A DNA stretch of 64,000 nt from an uncultured Verrucomicrobiota bacterium (GTDB lineage Bacteria; Verrucomicrobiota; Kiritimatiellia; CAIQIC01; Lenti-01). The stretch covers positions 425,372 to 489,371 of the forward strand of contig CALMBO010000029.1 in the NCBI GenBank assembly GCA_937860055.1, given 5' to 3'. Of the stretch, positions 9,953 to 18,756 are shown one piece after another. Below the pieces are notes generated by a model. The model did no database searches, had not been told where the DNA came from, and saw only the letters and a list, made by a program, of their open reading frames with translations. The position numbers and the translations under genes are program-made. How positions within the stretch are numbered: the stretch's first letter is position 1; every line of letters starts with the position of its first letter.

Positions 9953-11761
9953 ATGAGATGGAACACCCGTCATTTTTCATTCCTTCGCAAGGCTTGCGGC
10001 TGCCTGTTGATTTGTGCTGGCGCCCTCTTTGCATACGGGTGGTTCTACAAGCTCGCCCCCGTGCGCCATCTTGCCGATCCGATCTGGTGTGCGGCTCATT
10101 CTGCGCAAGCGCGATGGGAGGAGGAGCAGAAGAAGTACCTCCGCCTCTCGGCATCTCCAGACCTGTGCTTCGCAGGTGACATGATTGGATACTACGGCGA
10201 CAAGCGCTGGTGCTTGTGGCTGATTGAAAAGATGCATGGCGGCGGCGATTTCCGCGTATGCGGCTGCACGGAAACCGCCCTCATGTTCATGGCGAACCGC
10301 CAAGAGCAATCTTGGAAGGAATGGGCGGACGCCCATCAAGACGAACCGCAGGAAAAATGGATCCAAGACGGCTTTGCCCAACGCGGCATCTCCGTCCACT
10401 TCCCCCCGCATCCAGAAGACTCCGTCCCGTTGCTGGAGGTCTTGGGGCACAAGTCGTGGAACACGCTCTGGGGCGGCCCTCAAGGGACCAAAGCCCCCGA
10501 TTCTTTCCCGGGGTACTTTCAGTACAACGCGTTTCGCTGGCTCCGTGATTCCGGATTCGACCAGACGCTCTTCGCGTTCTCGAATGCCCCGGCGCTCACC
10601 TCGGACCTGGTCAAAGCTGGACTCATGCAATACACGAAGTGGAATGCCGCCTTTCCCAAACACGAGGGGGTTGGAATCCTTGCCTTTGGCGAAGCCCCTG
10701 CAGATACCGACAAATTCCGGCCCCCTCAGCTCATGTTGCACTTCTGGTCCCATGCCGCGCCAGGGCTCTTTGCCATCGTGCCCATTGTAGCGGGCGCGGT
10801 GCTGTACCGGAGACGCATCAGAGTGGATGACCGAGTCAAACGGGCGGCCTATTGCGTCACGCTTCCCTTCCGAGCCGCCGGCCGCTGGGCAAGTAAACAC
10901 CGGCGCACCCTGCTGGTTGCGGGATTGGCGGCAGGATGCGTGTGCATCGCGATCACCTACTTCATGTTGCCGGCATGGCTGCCCGAATGGACCATCCATC
11001 ATTCGGCTTCTCCGGATCGCGTTCTGCGAGCTGCATATTTTGCCTTCAACGGCCACTTCGAAGCGACACCCGCCTTGAAAAAACTGCTGGGTGATGGATT
11101 CGACGACTTCCTATTGCGGAAACTGGCCGGCTCAGACGAGACTGAAAAAGAGGAAGCGGCCTGCATTCTTGCCCATTCCGACGACCCTGCGGCAGAGGAA
11201 GCGTTGATTGAAACCTATCTCAAGGGTCAAACTGAAGAGATGCAGAGCAGCCTGGTGTTCTACCTGGGCTGGACCGCCACGGACCGTTCCCGTGAATTCC
11301 TGACGAGCATTCTGGACGGCCGCATTATTGGTCCGCGGTGGTCGGCCATCCGGGCGCTTTCCAACAGTTCCATTCTCGACCGCTACGAGATCATCTCCCT
11401 GTACCTCAACGACGCCGATGAACGGGTGAGAGACCAGGCGGAACACGCTTTGAAATACAAACTGGAAGAGGAATTTGCAGACCAGATCGCCGCAATGGCC
11501 GAGTCGGAGCTTTTCCCCTTGGCCAAGCGGTTGGCCCAAGCGCACCGCGGGGCGGTCCCCGCGAATGACCTCCCGTCGGAATTGGCAGGACGAAAAATCC
11601 GCTGGGGATGCATACAGGATGGTTGTTTGGACCTGCGCTTTGACGATGACAAGACGGGACTTCTGATCAATCCCGAGGGCATGAATACGTTTCCGGCAAT
11701 CAACCGATATCTCATCGGCGGCGGCAACACCGAAGGTATCAGCCCCTATACCGCTTTTTGA
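9953..11761 (+). CDS. Hypothetical membrane protein with C-terminal HEAT-like repeats
   Basis: 602-aa ORF with three hydrophobic segments and HEAT-like units (EEAACILA, AIRALS, DERVRDQAEHAL). Visibly lower GC than its flanks. Confidence 0.7.
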   Translation: MRWNTRHFSFLRKACGCLLICAGALFAYGWFYKLAPVRHLADPIWCAAHSAQARWEEEQKKYLRLSASPDLCFAGDMIGYYGDKRWCLWLIEKMHGGGDFRVCGCTETALMFMANRQEQSWKEWADAHQDEPQEKWIQDGFAQRGISVHFPPHPEDSVPLLEVLGHKSWNTLWGGPQGTKAPDSFPGYFQYNAFRWLRDSGFDQTLFAFSNAPALTSDLVKAGLMQYTKWNAAFPKHEGVGILAFGEAPADTDKFRPPQLMLHFWSHAAPGLFAIVPIVAGAVLYRRRIRVDDRVKRAAYCVTLPFRAAGRWASKHRRTLLVAGLAAGCVCIAITYFMLPAWLPEWTIHHSASPDRVLRAAYFAFNGHFEATPALKKLLGDGFDDFLLRKLAGSDETEKEEAACILAHSDDPAAEEALIETYLKGQTEEMQSSLVFYLGWTATDRSREFLTSILDGRIIGPRWSAIRALSNSSILDRYEIISLYLNDADERVRDQAEHALKYKLEEEFADQIAAMAESELFPLAKRLAQAHRGAVPANDLPSELAGRKIRWGCIQDGCLDLRFDDDKTGLLINPEGMNTFPAINRYLIGGGNTEGISPYTAF

Positions 11762-11823
11762 GTGATAACCGCGCCGGATGAAAGGCCATTGATTGCCGGG
11801 CGGCATCCGCTAGAATCCCCCGC

Positions 11824-12993
11824 ATGCCCCAGACCAGCCATCGAGTCTCCCGCTTCACGGAATCGGTCATCCGCCGCATGACCCGCGTCGCCATGGAGTG
11901 CGGCGCCGTCAACCTCTCCCAGGGCTTTCCCGACTTCGATCCGCCGGAGGAGCTGCGCGCCGCGCTGGAAAAGACCGCCCATGCCGGCCCCCACCAGTAC
12001 GCCGTGACGTGGGGCGCGCCGGACTTCCGCCGCGCCCTCGCCCGCAAGCAGGGCCGTTTCACCGGCCTGGCCATCGACCCCGACGCCCACATCGTCGTCA
12101 CCTGCGGCAGCACCGAGGCCATGATGGCCGCGATGATGACGGCCTGCAACCCGGGCGACAAGGTCGTCGTCTTCTCCCCCTTCTACGAGAACTACGTGGC
12201 CGACACCATCCTCTCCGGCGCCGAGCCCATCTACGTGCCCCTGCGTCCCCCGGACTTCTCGTTCGATCCCGCCGAACTGCGCCGCGCCTTCGAGCAGCGC
12301 CCCAAGGCGCTCATCCTGTGCAACCCCTCGAATCCGACCGGCAAGGTCTTCACCCGCGAAGAGCTCCTCCAGATCGCCGCCCTCGCCGAGGAATTCGACG
12401 CTTTCGTCATCACCGACGAGGTCTACGAGCACATCCTGTATGCGCCGCATCGCCACACCTATTTCTCCACCCTCCCCGGCATGTTCGACCGCACGGTCTC
12501 CTGCAGCTCGCTCTCGAAAACCTATTCCATCACCGGCTGGCGGCTGGGCTACATCATCGCCCCGCCGGCGTTCATCGACGGCGCGCGGAAGGTCCACGAC
12601 TTCCTGACCGTCGGCGCCGCCGCCCCCCTGCAGCAGGCCGCCATCGCCGGGCTCGAAATGCCGGATGCCTACTACGATTCGCTCGCCGCCCTCTACACGA
12701 AGAAGCGCGACCTCTTCCTCGGCGGCCTGCGCGCGGCCGGCCTGGCCTTCACCGAACCCGAAGGCGCCTACTACGTCATGGTCGACGTCTCCGAATTCGG
12801 CGTGGCGGACGACACCGCGTTCTGCGAGTGGCTCGCGCGCGCCGTCGGCGTCGCCGCCGTCCCCGGATCGAGCTTCTTCCGCGAGCCCGTGCACCACCTC
12901 GTCCGCTTCCATTTCGCCAAGCAGGAAAGCACCCTGCGCGAAGCCATCTCCCGGCTCGCCACCCTGCGCGCCAAGGCCTCCGCCCGCAAATGA
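11824..12993 (+). CDS. PLP-dependent class I/II aminotransferase
   Basis: NLSQGFPDF, NPSNPTG, TDEVYEH, SLSKTYSITGWRLG. Confidence 0.93.
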   Translation: MPQTSHRVSRFTESVIRRMTRVAMECGAVNLSQGFPDFDPPEELRAALEKTAHAGPHQYAVTWGAPDFRRALARKQGRFTGLAIDPDAHIVVTCGSTEAMMAAMMTACNPGDKVVVFSPFYENYVADTILSGAEPIYVPLRPPDFSFDPAELRRAFEQRPKALILCNPSNPTGKVFTREELLQIAALAEEFDAFVITDEVYEHILYAPHRHTYFSTLPGMFDRTVSCSSLSKTYSITGWRLGYIIAPPAFIDGARKVHDFLTVGAAAPLQQAAIAGLEMPDAYYDSLAALYTKKRDLFLGGLRAAGLAFTEPEGAYYVMVDVSEFGVADDTAFCEWLARAVGVAAVPGSSFFREPVHHLVRFHFAKQESTLREAISRLATLRAKASARK

Positions 12994-14006
12994 ACATGAT
13001 CAAGTGGATCTGGACCGGCCTCCTGCTCTCCGCCCTTCCGGCCCTCGCCGCCGATGACGTGCCCCTGCAGCAGTCCAATCCGCTGGGACACCAGACCCTC
13101 TCCGCGCCGGACTACCTTCATTTTGTCCCGTGCCCGGAGCCGTTGACGGGGAATTTCGTGCCCGCCTACACCGGCACCTCGGAACTGTTCCTGAAGGGCG
13201 TGCTGGGCAAACTGGCGCAGATCCACCCCGGCGCGGCGTGGGGCCGGGAATTCCAGTGGCAATGCAGCGCCGGCGTCCTCGCGATGATGCTCGGCGGCGA
13301 AGCCGATCTCGCCGTCAGCAGCATCCCCATGACGTCGGCCCAGCGCGAAGACTTCACCCGCCGCTTCGGCTATCCCGTCCTCGAGGCCCGCGTCGCCCTC
13401 GACGCCGTCCAGGTCCTGGTGCATCCCGACAATCCCCTGGACCGACTCACGGTGCCCCAGCTCGACGCCATCTACGGCACCGAACTCCGCGCCGGCGCCC
13501 TCCGTCCGGTCCGCACCTGGGACGAGGCCGGCGCCGCCGGCTGGGGCGCCGGAAGGCCCATCCACGCCTGCAGCGGTCCCGAATACTACGGCACCTCGAA
13601 GTTCTTTCAGGAAGCCGTTCTCGGGGACGGTCCCTGGCGCGAGGACCTCCGGACCCTCGGCGAAATCCAGATCCCGGAATCCGAAATCGCGGCGGATCCC
13701 CTCGCCATCATGTTCAGCAACTACCGCCCGCGCGACAGCCGCGTCAAGGTGCTGGCCATCGCGCGGCAGACGGACGAGCCGGCCTATCCCCCCCTCCCCG
13801 CCCACATCTACGGCGAGGAATACCCCCTGGTCCGCTTCTTCCATGTCTACGTCAACGCCCCCTCCGTCGCGGACCTCCCGCCCGAAACGCGCGAATTCCT
13901 GAACTACCTGCTCAGCTTCGAAGGCCAGACCGAAGTCGCCAAGACCGGCAGCCTTCCCCTCGACCGCGCCATGCTCCTGCGCGCCCGCAAGCGCCTCGGC
14001 CTGTAG
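12990..14006 (+). CDS. PstS-family periplasmic substrate-binding protein
   Basis: Signal peptide; VALDAVQVLVHPDNPL..LT..QLDAIY, GTSKFF, YPLVRFFHVYVN, LSFEGQ. ATGA overlap with the aminotransferase. Confidence 0.8.
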   Translation: MNMIKWIWTGLLLSALPALAADDVPLQQSNPLGHQTLSAPDYLHFVPCPEPLTGNFVPAYTGTSELFLKGVLGKLAQIHPGAAWGREFQWQCSAGVLAMMLGGEADLAVSSIPMTSAQREDFTRRFGYPVLEARVALDAVQVLVHPDNPLDRLTVPQLDAIYGTELRAGALRPVRTWDEAGAAGWGAGRPIHACSGPEYYGTSKFFQEAVLGDGPWREDLRTLGEIQIPESEIAADPLAIMFSNYRPRDSRVKVLAIARQTDEPAYPPLPAHIYGEEYPLVRFFHVYVNAPSVADLPPETREFLNYLLSFEGQTEVAKTGSLPLDRAMLLRARKRLGL

Positions 14007-14054
14007 GAACCCCTTCCATTCCAGGCGCGGGAAGGCGCCGCCTGCCCCCTCCGC

Positions 14055-14113
14055 AAAGTTTTTCCATTGTGTGGAAAACCAGCCGAAAGTTTTTCCATTG
14101 CGTGCGTGGAAAA
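14055..14113. repeat. Two tandem copies of a palindromic TTTTCCA-N-TGGAAAA unit (REP-like)
   Basis: AAAGTTTTTCCATTGTGTGGAAAA (14055-14078) and AAAGTTTTTCCATTGCGTGCGTGGAAAA (14086-14113), between convergent genes. Confidence 0.75.
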
Positions 14114-14153
14114 TCCGCGCGACGCGATCCCCCTCCCGCCCGGCGCGCAGGGC

Positions 14154-16805
14154 TCAGGGCGGCGGGGAATACGGCGCGACGACGCGGTAGGACCTGGACG
14201 TCGCCGCCAGCGCGTTGCTGTCGACCTGCAGATAGGGCGCGCCCGTCACGTATCCGCCCCACGCCGTCCACGGTGGGCTCGCCGAGCTCAGCAGGTTGGT
14301 CGTGTACTGCGCCTCGTAGGTCACGCCATTCGTGCCGTCCCACCAGATCGTCATCTGGTTCGTGGCCGTGTGCAGAAGGTTGGTGATCGCGAACGTATTG
14401 GTGTCGGGGGCCGGCTGGTAGATGGTGATGGTGTAATCCTCCACCTCGCCGTCGGAAGCGAAGCCGGCGTAGCCCAGGCCCGCGTAGCTGCAGAAGCGCA
14501 TGCGGCCGAACGTCGGGCCCACCGCCGCACCCGCGGGGGTGGCGATGGTGACCGCATTGCTGCCGGGAACGAGCGCAAGATCCGCAACGGCTTGTTCGCC
14601 GGCGTCGGCCCAGTCGCCGTCCGCATTGAAATCCACCCACAGGTTCAGATACCCGTTGCTGGAGGCATAGGCCGCGACCGTCTTGTTCGAGCCCCTCACC
14701 AGCGTCGCCGAAACCGCGACCCAATCTTCGTCGTCGACATTGTTGCTGTCGTCGCCCAGCGCCTGGGGATCGGCCCATCCGTCCGGCTCGGTGTCGGGCG
14801 CGATGCCGCCCAGCCAATAGGCCGAAGGCGTGCGGTGCCGCGCGCCATCGCTGGCCAGCAGGGTCGGGTAGGAGGGATCCGGCGCGTCGCCGAAATCCAG
14901 CGATTCCAGCTGCACTTCGTAGTCCTCGACCTCGCCGTCGGGCCACAACCCCTGATACCCCGGGCCCGCAACAACCATGGCGTTCGTCGTGAACCGCCAG
15001 CGGGTCTGCGGGCTCCCCGCGTACAGCGACGGAGGCACCGGCACCGGCACCGATAGCGGATTGGGTCCTGGATTCAGCGGCTGGTTGAGGAATACCTGCT
15101 CGCCAACATCGGCCCAGTCCCCGTCGGCGTTCCAGTCGATCCACGCATTGAGGAAGCCGGCGACGGAAGCAACCACCTGCACCTGCGCCGTTGAACCGGC
15201 GTAGAGGGTCGCGGGAATCGTCACGCCGTCTTCGTCGTCGAGGCCCGCGGGCGGGTTGTTGTCATCGCCGGTGGCGGTGCCGTCGGGCTGGCCGTCCGGC
15301 TCGCCATCGATGGCCGCGCCCAGGAAGACTCCGGGCACGATGGTGTGGCAGGCGCCGGTGCTGGCCAGCAGGGTCGGATAGGTCGGATCGTCGGCGTCGC
15401 CGAAGTCGAGCAGTTCCTCCTCTTCCGCGTAGATCGGCACCGGGTAGTCCTCCACCTCGCCATCGGAAAGCAATCCCACATAACTGACCGGAGTCTGCAG
15501 GGTCGTGAAGCGGAACCGGGCGAACGTGTTGGTGGTCGCGGCGGCGGACGGCACGCCGAAGGCCAGGACGTTGACTCCCGCGGCAACCGCCTGCACGCTG
15601 AAAATGTTCTCGCCGGCATCCGCCCAGTCCCCGTCGGCGTTGAAATCGATCCAGGCGTTGACATATCCCGAAACGGAGGCCGTGACCTGCACGGTCGCAG
15701 TCATGCCGGCGACCAGCGCGCCCGGGAAAACGACGCCGTCCTCGTCGTCGAGGTTGGCCTTGTCGTCGCCGGTGGCGGTGGCATCGGGCTGGCCGTCCGG
15801 TTCCACGTCGATGAGCGAACCCATGTAAACGCCCGGGACGACGACATGCCGGGCCCCATCGTTGACCAGCAGGGTCGGATACGGGGTGTCCGGCGCGTCG
15901 CCGAAATCCAGATAGGGCTCTTCTTCGCCGGCGTCGTGGAAAACGGAAACGTCGCTCAGGCGCGCCGGGGGCTCCTCCTGCTGGAGGACATCCAGCGCGA
16001 GCGTCTCGATCCACGTGCTGATCTTCAGCGAAAGCGTGCGGTTCATCAGGATGTCGTTGGTCAGCGCGAACGACTGCACGATGGGCAGGTAGCGGGAATC
16101 GCCGGGCAGGAGGCCGCCGCCCGGAATCGCGAAGGACAGCTTGCGCGTGGCCGATTGGCCGATCGGAATGGTGCCGAATTCCCACGCGGGCACGAAATAG
16201 TTGCCAGAGGGCTGGTGCTGCTGGTCCGGATCGGCCGGATTCCAGCAATACCAGGCCCACAGGTCTTCGTTGACGGCTTCGATATAGGGCTTGAAGTCCA
16301 CGTACGGGCCCGTGAAAACGGCCGGCAGCGTGTTGGTGTCCTTGACGGCGAATTCGGCCACGAGCCGGGCCTCCACCAGCGGGCCCACGTAGGGAGACTC
16401 CTGGTAATTCAGTGTTTCGCCGTGGCGGTTGCTGCCGGCGCCCCACGTCGCGCCCGGCATCACGTCGTTGTAGATCGTGGCCTGGACGGTGAACGCCACG
16501 ATCGGCGTGCCCGGTCCGGCCAGATAGTTGATGGAATCGACGTAGCCGGTGATGGCGCCGGCGCCGGCGAAGCCACCTGTGGCGTTGTCGTAGAACTCGT
16601 TCGTGCGGACGCTCTCGAATCCGGTCGCGTCCATGAACCATTGCCCGTTGGTTGCCGCCGCATCCACCATCGGCCCCGTCAGCAGCGCCGTCGATTGCAC
16701 CGGAGGCTTGGAGATCGGCAGCGACGGCCCCGCCTCGGAAAGATGCGCCCCCCACAGCAAAAGCCCCGCCACGCCCGGCGCCACCCAGCCCATTTTTGTT
16801 TTCAT
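14154..16805 (-). CDS. Secreted protein with three GEVED domains and a C-terminal RxYRV domain
   Basis: Signal peptide; three repeats of LDFGDAPD..YPTLL...DDEDG...WIDFNADGDW.D.GE...RFRF...DGEVEDY. Confidence 0.9.
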   Translation of the reverse strand: MKTKMGWVAPGVAGLLLWGAHLSEAGPSLPISKPPVQSTALLTGPMVDAAATNGQWFMDATGFESVRTNEFYDNATGGFAGAGAITGYVDSINYLAGPGTPIVAFTVQATIYNDVMPGATWGAGSNRHGETLNYQESPYVGPLVEARLVAEFAVKDTNTLPAVFTGPYVDFKPYIEAVNEDLWAWYCWNPADPDQQHQPSGNYFVPAWEFGTIPIGQSATRKLSFAIPGGGLLPGDSRYLPIVQSFALTNDILMNRTLSLKISTWIETLALDVLQQEEPPARLSDVSVFHDAGEEEPYLDFGDAPDTPYPTLLVNDGARHVVVPGVYMGSLIDVEPDGQPDATATGDDKANLDDEDGVVFPGALVAGMTATVQVTASVSGYVNAWIDFNADGDWADAGENIFSVQAVAAGVNVLAFGVPSAAATTNTFARFRFTTLQTPVSYVGLLSDGEVEDYPVPIYAEEEELLDFGDADDPTYPTLLASTGACHTIVPGVFLGAAIDGEPDGQPDGTATGDDNNPPAGLDDEDGVTIPATLYAGSTAQVQVVASVAGFLNAWIDWNADGDWADVGEQVFLNQPLNPGPNPLSVPVPVPPSLYAGSPQTRWRFTTNAMVVAGPGYQGLWPDGEVEDYEVQLESLDFGDAPDPSYPTLLASDGARHRTPSAYWLGGIAPDTEPDGWADPQALGDDSNNVDDEDWVAVSATLVRGSNKTVAAYASSNGYLNLWVDFNADGDWADAGEQAVADLALVPGSNAVTIATPAGAAVGPTFGRMRFCSYAGLGYAGFASDGEVEDYTITIYQPAPDTNTFAITNLLHTATNQMTIWWDGTNGVTYEAQYTTNLLSSASPPWTAWGGYVTGAPYLQVDSNALAATSRSYRVVAPYSPPP

Positions 16806-16976
16806 GTGCCTTCTCCTCTTCCGCGAAAGGACCGCTTCCGAAAAGCCATGGGGGTGAAGTTCCCTTCACCACCCATCATCAACCTCCTTCGGCGGAGGCA
16901 CGTCAAGCCCCTCTTTGTTAAAAATGGGTCTCCGGACGGAAGGGACCGGCGGGAGGGCGGGCGCGCCCGCCCGGGT

Positions 16977-17576
16977 TCAGCGTTCGCGGTAGAGAACTTG
17001 CATCTGGACGTTGGTATAGATGCCCAGGAACTGCCTCATCACGTTCCGGCAGCTGGCGCAGGGATAGAGGTCCGTGTAGAGGCGGATGCAGCCTGTCGCG
17101 GAGGGATCCGGCAGGCGCGAGGCCATGTCTTCGAGGATCTTGCATTCCGTGTCGACATGGCGGGGCCAGCAGTCGGGGCCCTCCACCACGTCGGCGTGGT
17201 TCACGCACAGGACGGCGAACCGCCCCTTCTTGCGGCGGGGCGAGATGTTCGCGATCTTGGCGGCCGCCTCGCCCGACAGCCCCCCCGTTCCCTGGATGCC
17301 GCTGTGGGCGAAGTATTCCGCTTTGTCCAATCCTTCGATCTTCGCCACCGCCCAGGCGAAGTTGTTCCGCTGCTGGTTCTTGAGGGGCAGCTTCTGGCGA
17401 ACGGCCTCGATGCGCCGCAGGGCGGAATCGTCGCGGCCCGCCTGGATCAGCCGGATTTCCGGCTCCCGTTCCGGCGCCGCGGCCGGGGGGGCCTCCGCCT
17501 GGGCGAAGCCGGCCCAGAGGCCCGCCAGCCAAAGCCACCGGATCCATCCCGTCCTTCTCCGTTGCAGGTTTTCCAC
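16977..17576 (-). CDS. Signal-peptide-bearing toxin-type deaminase (BURPS668_1122 / Toxin-deaminase-like)
   Basis: RHVDTECKILE (RxxDxExK) and LYTDLYPCASC (PCxxC); N-terminal RRR-hydrophobic-AQA signal peptide. Confidence 0.82.
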   Translation of the reverse strand: MENLQRRRTGWIRWLWLAGLWAGFAQAEAPPAAAPEREPEIRLIQAGRDDSALRRIEAVRQKLPLKNQQRNNFAWAVAKIEGLDKAEYFAHSGIQGTGGLSGEAAAKIANISPRRKKGRFAVLCVNHADVVEGPDCWPRHVDTECKILEDMASRLPDPSATGCIRLYTDLYPCASCRNVMRQFLGIYTNVQMQVLYRER

Positions 17577-17589
17577 CTTTCGCCTCCGG

Positions 17590-18756
17590 TCAGAGTTTGA
17601 GGATCACGGCGGTCATGTCGTCCTGGCGGGAATTGCCGGGATCGCTGAAGCGATGGGCTTCGTCCAGCAGGATGCGGATGATCTCCGCGGAAGGCTTCGC
17701 GCGCTCGCGCCTCACGACCGCCAGGGCGCGTTCTTCGCCGAATTCTTCGCCCGTCTTCGAACAGGCTTCCAGGATCCCGTCGGTCAGCAGCAGGACCAGG
17801 TCCCCCTTTTCCAGGGCAACCTGCCCCGGCGACAGGCGCTCCTCCTCCCGGTCGATGCCCAGCGCGGCCGTGTTGGGGGCCATCTCGGCCTTGATGCGTC
17901 CATCGGGTGCGAGCACATGGCCGGCGGGATGCCCGGCATTGATGAACCGCCAGGTGCCGGACGCGGGATCGAGCTCGGCAAACAGCAGGGTGATGAAATG
18001 ATCGTAGCCGAGATCCTCGATCAGCAGGTGGCGGGCCTGCGCCAGGATGTCTTCGAAGTTCGCGCTCGACAGCGCCAGCGCGTGCAGGTAGGCGCGGACA
18101 TCGGCCATGAGCATGGCCGGACCGATGCCGTGGCCGGTCACGTCCCCCACCACGATCAGCAAACGGCCCTTGGGCATCGCGATGAAATCGAAGTAGTCGC
18201 CGCCGGTGGCGGTGGCGGGCCTCGAAGCCCCCGCGATATCGTAGCCGTCCAGCGCCGGTGGACCGGCGGGAAACAGCTGCTGCTGGATTTCGCGCGCGAT
18301 GCGAAATTCCTCCTCCTGCGCGAGAAGGGCGCGTTCGGCCTCGCGCCGGGCCCGCCGCTCCTCCGCATCCTTCAGTTCCCGGTCCACGGCGGCGACCAGG
18401 CGGGTCATGTTCCCCTTCATCAGGTAGTCCTGCGCGCCGGCTTTCATGGCGGCCACCGCCGCTTCCTCGCCGATGGCCCCGGAAACAATGAGGAAAGGAA
18501 CGTCGGTGGCGGAGGAACGGACGATCTCCAGCGCCTCCGTGGAGCTGAAGTGCGGCATGTTGTGGTCGGAAAAGATGATGTCCCACTTCTGCTTTTCCAG
18601 CGCATCCGCCAGATCCGCCGCATTGTCCACCCGGCGCGACTCCGGCGCATATCCCCCCTCCTTGAGCTGCTCCAGCAGGAGGAGGGCATCGACTTCGGAA
18701 TCCTCGATGACCAGGGCCTTCAGCGGCCGCCCGCCGGACGGAGCCTCGTTGCTCAT
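17590..18756 (-). CDS. Response regulator with PP2C/SpoIIE phosphatase (RsbU-like)
   Basis: REC domain (IEDS, SDHNMP, DYLMK) followed by GGDYFD, GDVTGHG, NAGH, TDG, DDMT. Confidence 0.92.
   Translation of the reverse strand: MSNEAPSGGRPLKALVIEDSEVDALLLLEQLKEGGYAPESRRVDNAADLADALEKQKWDIIFSDHNMPHFSSTEALEIVRSSATDVPFLIVSGAIGEEAAVAAMKAGAQDYLMKGNMTRLVAAVDRELKDAEERRARREAERALLAQEEEFRIAREIQQQLFPAGPPALDGYDIAGASRPATATGGDYFDFIAMPKGRLLIVVGDVTGHGIGPAMLMADVRAYLHALALSSANFEDILAQARHLLIEDLGYDHFITLLFAELDPASGTWRFINAGHPAGHVLAPDGRIKAEMAPNTAALGIDREEERLSPGQVALEKGDLVLLLTDGILEACSKTGEEFGEERALAVVRRERAKPSAEIIRILLDEAHRFSDPGNSRQDDMTAVILKL

Noticed and set aside
9586-11823. Integron cassette or IS boundaries around the lower-GC gene
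   Set aside because: No attC-like palindrome, terminal inverted repeats or target duplication seen.
14055-14113. Possible mini-CRISPR
   Set aside because: Only two units, a 7-bp gap and no cas genes.
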